Below, piece by piece: positions 33,184 to 42,202 of a stretch of DNA of 42,202 bases. The notes under the pieces are model-generated. The model did no database searches. It saw only the letters and a list, made by a program, of their open reading frames with translations, and was not told where the DNA came from. The position numbers and the translations under genes were made by a program. The stretch comes from Ionaspis alba (Eukaryota): assembly GCA_964255285.1 (NCBI GenBank), contig CAXUUL010000058.1, forward strand, positions 1 through 42,202, read 5' to 3'. Each line of letters starts with the position of its first letter. Position 1 is the first letter of the stretch.

Positions 33184-35160
33184 ATGTACAAGCCGCAGCA
33201 CCAGCCGCTTATCAAGCCGCAGGACGAGATTAGGGCGAGAGCATCCACAAATCTGTTTATTGACTTTAACAACCTTCATAGTATCAGCACTTCAACCTCA
33301 GCAACTAAGCACAGTACCGAAGGCATGGCTCCTAGGCATCATCAATATGCTGATCAGTCGCAAAAGAAAGATGCATCACAAAACTCGGAGAGTTCTCGAG
33401 GAGCAGCGCAACAGCAGTACAGCCGCCCTCAAGCCTTGAGTGACAATCACCAACACGAGGAAGCCGGGCGTCATCAGCCTTCCAACCGTCCCTGGCTAGA
33501 GGGCTACCCCGAAGAGCAAGTCCAGCCTTTGTATCGTTCTCAGTCACAGCAACGCGATCACCATCATGCTCAGCGATCCAGACACGCTCAGCAAAGTGGT
33601 CACATTCAGAACATAGAGCGCACTCAGCATATGGGCCCTCTTCATGATATTGGCCGTCCCCATCAGGTAGTGCGTTCTCGAGCTGCAGAAAATTCACAGC
33701 AAGTTGATCATCAGCAGATTAGTCATGCTCAGCAACACGGCTACGCACAACCAATGGGCCATTCTCGTTCCGAGGGTAACATCGCTTTGCATCGTCAATC
33801 TCCTCGCGAAGGTGCACATCCTGTGCTTATGCGCTCTCCTCTACGTCCTCTACCGTGTTCCTCTATTGATGGCTCAGCGTCTCTGTTTGGCGAATCAATT
33901 GTTCTGGATCACAAAATTACACATCGTGGTCGTAGCGCTGACCGAACTCCTTCTCCAACCAAATCAACCTTTCACAACCGGGGGCGCAGTCTTTCTCCAG
34001 TCAAATCAACTTCAAGCTCCGCACTCCCATCAGCCAATAAGTTGCAGATTGAAGTTGCCCCACCGGTTCCACCGAAAGATCTAGAGCAGATCTTGGAAGA
34101 CGACGAGGATAAAGAGATGGGAGAAGAAAAGCTTCCGAAGCGTTCTCGCTCTCCTATGAAGCAAATGTTCGGTCCAAAGGGTTGGCTTGATCGAATTCCG
34201 ACTGACAGGGCCATTAAAGTTGAGCTTTCTCGCAAACAAAGCCTTAAGAATTGGGGTGGAAAGATGAGACAGCGCGCAGGAGACATGGTAAGATGAATTC
34301 TGCTTTACGTGTTTTGTGGTTCTGGCTCTGACCGATTTCTCTATCGCTTTAGAAAGGTGAAGTGATGAAGCTTATTCACGAATCTTTCCAGACTTCAGAG
34401 AAAGACATGACAACTGCTCCGGGCGGTAAAGTGGCTGCAGTGCTCCTTGATCCTCCTTATCAGGCCAAGCTTTACGCCGAAATCGAGCTCATGATCTCCG
34501 TCACAGCAAACAAGTACCTCTTGGATCAGAAAACCTTCGGCCGCATGTCAGTGGAGAGCGTAGAGAAGATCGTGAAATGGTGGAAATCCAAAGGACGTCC
34601 TCAGGTCGTCGACTTCCAATTCGACCTCATGACTCAGTGCAACCTGGTACTGGCCAACATCAATACTTTCCGGTTTTACGGACCACATGCTTATGGTAAT
34701 ACATTCTCAGACCCAGTCTATGTGCATGATTACTTAGTCAAGCTAACATGACATTACCGTAGAGCCAATTCACATGCAGGCAATGATTCAATGCTGGAAA
34801 GCTCTAGCTAGGGAGATGAATCCTCGCATCTTCTGCTATCCCGATCTTGCGATTCGTAAGCACATGCACGACTGCTACAAAATCCTCGAAATGCTCGGTG
34901 CTCCACTGCCGACCTTCCTTGCCTTCCAAAACATCCAGCTCGAGACCTTGAAGCGTATGACAGATGAGGCGCAACGTCGCGAAGACCACGAAAACACAAA
35001 ATGGGGCATCCCAGTAGAATTCAAGCCCCCTATCTGGGTTGCTTCTGGCAATCCTGAGGATGAGGACTATGAAGAGGGCGGAGATGATAATCAAGCTGTT
35101 ACTCCCTTTCTTGAGAAAAAGCGAGTTGACCGTCGCCCCGACGACGGAACTTCAGGATAG
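33184..35160 (+). CDS. Hypothetical protein: Q/H/S-rich disordered N-terminus plus helical C-terminal domain (3 exons; start may be 33325)
   Basis: Three ORFs are joined by GTAAGA..TAG (~34288-34352) and GTAATA..TAG (~34696-34762) introns. The C-terminal segment (QAKLYAEIELMISVTANKYL...GRMSVES...WKSKGRPQVVDFQFD...FCYPDLAIRKHMHD) looks like a conserved fungal domain. Function unknown. Confidence 0.75.
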
Positions 35161-36181
35161 CTCTTACTTCCAGGGTGTTTCCTGACGGCTACCATTCGTA
35201 CCTTGGGTTCGAAACTTCATCTTGATCTCGATCTTCGCGCTGCCGTCAACTCTCCGTTGGCGGAAATGCCTTACCGTTCGGTTTCTGGTGCTAGTCATCT
35301 GGCTGTCACTTTATCCTTGTCCATGCGATGGCGACCCATTGTTGAGATCACAATTCACATTGGACAGTACACGCGAATAGTACTACTTCGATGTCTCATG
35401 AAGAAGCTTTCCTGTACCCACCCTTGGCCACATACGCCACAGTACACACTGATTCGACTCAGCCTGGGATTGCCTTCGAACGCATCGTTGAGTCATTGTA
35501 TACACGCTCTGTCATATTCGAAGGCTAAGTTCCACGGCAATTCATATGTTCTGTGGCACCCTGTCTCTCATCTGAAGTCAATGAGGCTTTCCTATCTTTG
35601 TTTTTCCACTCTACAACCTTTACGAAACCAAAGCTCAAAAAATTGAAAAATCATCAAAACAGAGCGCTTTCTTTTTCTTCCTCAGGAAAGAGGCACCACC
35701 AGCACGTTGTCAAACTAATAGAAAATGTTACACAATTCCAACCAAAAACATGCAAAGGGGTGGGAATGCTAGTGCTTTCGTAGTCCTGGGTCACGTAGAT
35801 CACGCCTAGTAGATTCTAGATACTGTCCACGCACTCGCGAGCACCTTAGGCGGCAATCCATGAACGTGACTTCTTCACCTAGGATTCGTTCCTTCTTGGG
35901 TCCGCGCTCTTTGCGAGATCTCACGATGTCATCTTCCTATTTACCTAATATTTCACTGTTCACTACTACTTATTACCAGTGCGACAAGGCCCCGCTGCCT
36001 GACTTCCACAACTCATACGTTCCTCGACATTCGTGCCCTTGATATTCTTTAAATCGTTCTCTATGCAATAACGCTGCGCTTCAATTCTTCCTACAGGCAG
36101 GCCTGTGGGTAGGTAGTGTAGTAAATGCAATCAGTCTCCCTGTCGAAGTAGACGGCTGACCATCTACCAAGTAATTCCACT

Positions 36182-39100
36182 ATGGCTACTAAGCCCCACT
36201 CCTACGGGCCCTCCTGCAAATTGCACTCAGGGTCTAATGCTTTCATACGACGAGCATCTGAGCTCGCGGAAACTGCGCCCAGGCTTAGGCCCTATTTCTT
36301 CTATAGCTCATCCCTCCCTATCGACGATCCTCTTTCCCCGTTACCTGCACCAGCAACGAGCTCGTTGACGTCAACAACAAGAGTTGCTCCTCGCCCATTT
36401 TCAGCCTATGATAACGGTGCATTGGAAGAGGCCTGGCAGGGTCTACAAGAGTTTGGAAAGAAGCACGAGCAGGTTTTCCGAGAGGTTGATCATGGCAAGG
36501 AGCGGCCCAAGCCAAGGAAGCCGAGTAGGCCTGACAAGCTTGCAGATGTACCAACTACTGGTGAAGGGAAGCGGAGCCCAAGGCTAGCCGCAACGGAGAC
36601 AGCTTCACCTATTGATGTAGAGTCATCCGACAAGCCAGGCGTCACTCCGTTTGAAAACTTACCGCCGGCAACTAATGAGGGCTTGATTGGACTGGCTCAG
36701 CCATCTGTCTCGTCAGCAGAGGCTGTTCATGAGGCGAAAGGTTCTCCTGTACTGCTTTCTGAAGATCCAGAGCACAGCCTGCTCGTCGACCCCAAACCTG
36801 TGACTTCTGAAGAGATTGCCATAGAAGAAGTCATGAGCGAGCCAAGGAGACAGCGCCAGAATCTTTTCCATCGGAAGAGTAGCCGCAGGTCGACAAATAC
36901 GGAAGATTCTCGGGACAGGCTCAGCTCCAAGGACAAAATCAAAGAGACAATTCGTCAGGCCAGAAGTCTCTCACGCAACAGAGCCAAATCAACGGAAGCA
37001 CCATATGGATCAAGCCCTCTAGAAAGAGACATAACTGGAACGCCATTCTTACGTGCACCTTCAAGACATAAGAGGCCACAGTCTGCCGCCCAGGATCAAT
37101 TGGCAGATCATGCAGAGGCGCTTGGAGCAAGAAATGATGGGCCTGGGGAGGAAGGGACTTTAAGATCCACGAGGCCTGAATCTCCACACACGTGGTGTGA
37201 TAGCCCCGGTTCTCGTCATTCTGATACCGAAAGATCAGATACCGCACGCACTCGACCAACAGCTGCTCATCATGGTAGCCCTTGTGATTGTAAGGAGAAG
37301 AAATCGTATGTTCCCGTCGGTCTTTCGCGGCTTCATCTGGTCGAGATGCCAGAATTAGTGGTACGATTTTGAATTATCAAACCACGTGAAGTAGCTGACC
37401 TTCTAAAGATGAAACCCATTTACTGGAGTCCAGTTCATGATATCTCATCTGTTGTCCGCGGGACATGGTTTTACAAGGATACGATGTTGCCCGTTGAGTC
37501 TGATGTCGCAAATCAGCTTGAGGAGGGTTACGAGTACATGAAGCCATGGTCGCAGACCTATGCAGACGAGGTCACTAGCTGCTTGAACATTGGTCCAGAA
37601 GCTGAGTCAAAAGTCGTTCATAAGCTTTGGCCGAGCGATAGGCCCATAGACCTCGTAAAGAGACCGATTACCAGTCGAAGCACAAGGTCCGTCACGACAA
37701 CCAAGCCCGAACCATTGACCTCAGAGGAGCAAGCTCGCAAGGACGCATCGGAAGCTGCGGCATCTGCTGAGAATAGAGCTGCAGGTACGCTTGATAGCAA
37801 AGAGCATCCCGAAGAACCAGTCAGGCTGTATGCCAAGTCCAGTGTCATCTACGCCAATGCGAAAGATGCACAAATCCTTAGAATGGGGCAACTTCCCTCG
37901 GTAGCTCGTGGACGGAAGCCACTCGGTCCAATTCGGAAAGGGAGGCCTATTGGCATACCTGTTGTACGTGGATTCGATCATAAGGCTTATGCAAAGCTTC
38001 ATCCAACCAAGAAGAGCGTAGTAGCGAAGAAAGCTCGAGCCGGTGCAGTTGCTTCTCAATCGGGCGTCGCTATGACTGCCGGCGAGCGAGATGCTTGCAC
38101 TGCCTGTTTGGACGAAGAGGATAGGCCTACCGTGACCGACTTGGTCTTGGTAATTCATGGGTATGAGACTGTCGCAATACGCGCTGTGGTGGTGTTAACA
38201 TGTTTACAGCATTGGTCAAAAATTATCGGAACGAGTAGAGAGTTACCACTTCACCCATGCCATAAATGCTTTCCGTCGTCAAATGAACGTTGAGCTTGAA
38301 GCAGATCCTGTTCAACCATGGCTTCGAGAAGACCTGGGAGGAATTATGGTTTTGCCTGTGAGTGTCTCACATCGGAGCCTCTGAAGTGTGCAGCTGACGA
38401 ACTCCAAGGTCAACTGGCGTTCAACGCTGAATCTTGAAGATGGAAACCCTACCCTCAATGCAAAAGCTAAAGAAAAAGACGATTCCGCGAACCAGTATAG
38501 CCTGAAAGATATTACGGCAGAGACCATCCCAGCAATCCGTAGCTTGATTAGTGACGTGCTTTTGGATATCCCGTACTACCTCTCATCTCACAAGCCGAAG
38601 ATGATCGAGGCGGTAATCAAGGAAGCTAACCGCATTTATCGATTGTGGTGCAGTAACAATCCCGGCTTTCACGAAGCTGGCCGAGTACACCTAATCGCAC
38701 ACTCACTGGGTAGTGTTATGGCTCTTGATATCCTGAGCAAACAGCCGACAAAATTACCAAAACACCTCGACCTCAAAGGAAAGAAGGTCCTTGGCAATAT
38801 GTTCGAATTCGATACAAAAAATCTCTTCTTTTGCGGAAGTCCAGCAGGATTCTTCCTCCTCCTCAACCACGCTCCACTAGTCCCACGAAAGGACAGAGCA
38901 AAACCTGGCACAGAAGGAGAAGACTCTACGTCCGATGTAGCGGGTGAAGCAGGCACATACGGTTGTCTGGCCGTCGACAACATCTACAATGTCATGCACA
39001 CGAATGATCCTATTGCGTACCGTATCAACGCCTGCGTCGAGGTCAACTACGCCAATTCTATCCAACCAGCCTTCGTACCTAGTGCCACATCTTCTTGGCT

Positions 39101-39479
39101 TCAATCTATCAGCCAAGTCATTCGTGGCAAGCCCGTCGTACCAACCCGAGGCTCTGGCGACCTCCCGCCTGTCGTAGCTCGGCCGACCGCTGTGAAGCTC
39201 CCTTCAACCATTGAGATGGAAACGCACAACTTTACGCAGGAGGAAATTGCGGAGAAAAAAATGTACCTACTTAACGATAATGGGCAAATCGACTACTTCC
39301 TCAGCAGTGGGGGTGGTCCCCTTGAGATTCAGTATCTCAATATGCTCAGTGCTCATAGCAGTTACTGGGTTCTTCAGGACTTTGTCAGGTTCTTGGTTTT
39401 GGAGATCGGACGGAAAGCTGGGAGAGGAGAGACGCTGCAACCAATGAGGGCTGTGAAGAAGGTCTGGGGAAAGAAGTAG
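36182..39479 (+). CDS. DDHD-domain intracellular phospholipase A1 (Ddl1/YOR022C-like), 4 exons
   Basis: Contains MKPIYWSP...VRGTWF, DLVLVIHGIG, VLPVNWR, DIPYYLS, the lipase nucleophile motif AHSLGS, FFCGSP, and DDHD residues in NIYNVMHTNDPIAYR / IDY / AHSSYW. Introns at ~37361-37408, 38161-38210 and 38358-38409. Confidence 0.9.
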
Positions 39480-39705
39480 CGGCATCGAATGCTATGAACT
39501 GGGCTAAGTGTCTTAGAAGTGAGTGCACAAGCTATTGAATGGCGATGTAAGCGTGGGCAAAGCGGCGAGGAGTGACTCGGTTTGTGCTGGTCACTTTGTG
39601 GAAGTGGTAATGTTATTGTGCTCGCGATTACGATTATACCCTAGACGCGCTATGATTAGATACCCCTTCCTAAAGATGAACTTAAGCATGAAGGACCAAG
39701 TTGAT

Positions 39706-39805
39706 NNNNNNNNNNNNNNNNNNNNNNNNNNNNNNNNNNNNNNNNNNNNNNNNNNNNNNNNNNNNNNNNNNNNNNNNNNNNNNNNNNNNNNNNNNNNNNN
39801 NNNNN
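39706..39805. other. 100-N scaffold gap
   Basis: Run of 100 N covering the last codons of the cnxE gene. Confidence 0.95.
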
Positions 39806-42042
39806 CTACGCACCACTCCGCCTCCGGCAGGTAGACACAACAATGCATTCGCTGCCTTCAAACTCCCTACCCTAGAGCTTCTTTGACCCCCAGTACTTAT
39901 TGCATGCAACAAGCCATCTTCTCCTGCAGAAACTGTCGCTCTCTGGTATTCTGCTCTCTTCTGATCACATCTCACTTCCTCGTCCAGACATACTTTTGCC
40001 TTCGGCAGACCTTTAATCCCTTGTCCGCTGGCATACCTTAGACTGGGCAGAACAAAAAGATGTAAAGTCACGATCGCACTGGCCGGATTCCCTGGTAGCG
40101 AGAAGATCAGTCGCGTTTCCCGCTCACCTGAATTGGTCTTGAAAGGAACAGTAGCGAAAGTAGTAGGCTTCCCAGGCTTCATGGCCACACGGCCGAAATG
40201 GATTGTACCACCAATTCCACGTTCGATCGTTGGTTTCAAAAGATCAAGTTCTCCCATTGACACTCCACCCGTGGTGATTATGACGTCCACTGTTCGGAGG
40301 GCTGAACGGAGCACAGATTCAAGGTTTCCGGGTCTGAAACCGAAATTAGCAGGAACACTCATTGAGGACAAGAGAGAGCTACCTGTCTTTGGCCACGTGT
40401 AAGTCTACGACTTCATAGCCCCAACCCCGCACGATTGTGGTAATAGTCGGCCTATTGCAATCACGCACTTCTCCTAGCTTCAGCGGACCAGGTTTGTCAT
40501 GGTCGACGAGCTCGTCTCCAGTGCTCAGAACACCAACGGTAGGTTTCTTATAGACGGTAACTTCACCTCGGCCGATGGAGGCGAGTAGACCGATCTCGCC
40601 TCCCACTGCCGTTAACCGCTCCCCTTTCTTCAGGATGACTTCGCCAGCCGTAATGTCACTACCCACTTCTCTGACGTTCTCACCTGTTTTGACTGCTTCC
40701 GTGAGGATCTCAATTTCTTTCTCTTCCTTCCCATCAGCAGTCATGCGTTTTACAATGGTATCCTCAACCATTACCACCGCTGTGCCTTCAGGAGGTAGTG
40801 GTGCACCTGTTGTAATTCGTGCAACTTCTCCGTCCTGTAAAGGCGTCACTTTCCCAGCTTGAGCATGCGATACAGATGTAACAGGAAATATGCCCTTGGT
40901 ACTGAAGCATCCAGCAGGGATCGAGATGGCATAGCCGTCGACGATACTTGCTCTGAATGCAGGGACCGCTTCCTCAGCTACCACATCCTCTGCAAGAACA
41001 AAGCCTGCGATCGATGGATCAACAGGATGCATAACTGGTTGTGGAGTTTGAGTATGTTCAATAATTAATTTTGAGGCTTCCTCGACGGAGAGCATTGGAT
41101 ATGGTGATTCTCTATGGCGGCGACCAGGCCCCGCTTCAGGGTCGTTGGAAATGGGATGTTCATCGGGATTTGTGTGAGCCTTTGGTGCGATGTGGCCATT
41201 GCGTTCGTGTGAGTGTGCATGAATACGATGATGGCGAAGTTCGGTAAAAGGTTCTCGTCCGACACCTGCTTCTTCTTCAAGCCGCTTCAGGCCTCCTGAA
41301 TGTATTGATCTGGAATCAGCCCCGGCTGCCTGAAGACATGCATGTGGTAGAAGCTTGATAATGGCCTGTAGATTCTCTTTGGCTCCTTTTGGAGATCCGG
41401 GGAGGGTGATAATGAGGGTCTTGTTGCGGACTCCCGCTACCGGTCTAGACATCATGGCAACTTTCAAGCAAATGACTTAGTCTTTAATTTGACAAGACAC
41501 ATATCGTTCACAACAGGAAACCATCATTCATGAAAAGCTGCTTAGTCTTTATACAACTGGAGACAAAATAGCCCTGGAGTGGCGATCATGATTGAAGATA
41601 GACGCTCTACAGAAGACAGTCTATACTTACAAGGCGTGACTTGTAGCGAAGCAGCCAACATACCATGACTGCAACAATTAGCTTTGTTCATCCCTTCCCA
41701 CTTTCCCACTCACATCAGGACTTACACCAAGCCCGAAGCATGTCTTTCGATGAGCGGTTCGACCGCCTCCGGAGTGGAGTCTTTCCGAGCAAATCCTGTG
41801 CCCCCGGTGGTGACGATAAGATTAACAAAATCGTTCCCGGAATCGTCGCACCATTGATGGATATATCGCTGGATGGCGGGAACCCTATCTGGGACAATGA
41901 CAGGCTGCTGAACGTGCCATTGACCCCCGCCGTCATTGACGAAAGTGTTGACCAATATGTCGCCTGCACGGTCGGTCGATGGCTCAGAGTAAGCAGTCTC
42001 TGATACGATTAGTATGGCAGCTTTCAGCATCGGACTATTCAT
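39806..42042 (-). CDS. cnxE: Gephyrin-like bifunctional molybdenum cofactor biosynthesis protein (MogA/G + MoeA/E domains); 3' end in gap
   Basis: G domain: LKAAILIVSE...DRAG...TTGGTGFARKDSTPEA, a short exon HGMLAASLQVTP (~41632-41669), and SRPVAGVR...TLPGSPKGAKENL. E domain: RASIVDGYA, RITTGAPLP, VVMVED, ENVREVGSD, VLSTGDEL, TTGGVSMGELD, MKPGKP, LPGNPAS, GGQRSSR. Confidence 0.93.
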
Positions 42043-42202
42043 CTTTCTCGTTGTTGATAGTGGGGCACTTTCATCACAAATGAGTGTTGGGAACTTGATA
42101 TGAAGCTTGGCAAGCCGATGGGTCTCGTTATGGTGCTTCAACCCTAGAACTACTGAGCAAAAACCTTGGACATCATCTTGCTTTACAAATCGACCAGTTT
42201 TT

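Noticed and set aside
27810..35160. Secondary-metabolite biosynthetic gene cluster
   Set aside because: There is no backbone enzyme (PKS, NRPS, terpene synthase, DMATS), transporter or cluster regulator, and the flanks are housekeeping genes.
41461..41631. Long (~170 nt) cnxE intron with a repeated TAAAGACTAAG, considered as a stwintron or intronic C/D snoRNA
   Set aside because: Removing an internal intron does not recreate a valid donor or acceptor, and there is no proper C box (RTGATGA) with a terminal D box (CTGA).

Overview
This is gene-dense eukaryotic DNA from a filamentous ascomycete (Pezizomycotina, inferred from short GT-AG introns with CTRAC/CTAAY-type branch points and from the gene families). 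I can support 14 protein-coding genes, mostly housekeeping. In order: BUB3; an orphan low-complexity protein; a Gel2-like GH72 glucanosyltransferase; the PPS1 dual-specificity phosphatase; a TYW4/PPM2 methyltransferase-Kelch-JmjC fusion; ATG18; a secreted protein of unknown function with beta-helix-like sequence; a PalI/SUR7-family tetraspan protein; a Ulp1-type SUMO protease; a divergent pair of a phenol-2-monooxygenase-type flavoprotein and a cytochrome P450; a conserved hypothetical protein; a DDHD phospholipase A1; and the gephyrin-like Moco enzyme CnxE. Four 100-N scaffold gaps are present. One is a false gap with duplicated flanks, and the other three remove the 3' ends of four genes. 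I saw no rRNA, tRNA, CRISPR array or recognisable transposon. The best leads are the secreted beta-helix-like protein, the monooxygenase/P450 pair with a CreA- and CGG-motif-rich shared promoter, the TYW4-JmjC fusion with a c-Myc-like NLS, and an unexplained 144-bp-period duplication. None is demonstrably a new system from sequence alone. Exon boundaries were read by eye, and family calls come from motif recognition, not database searches.
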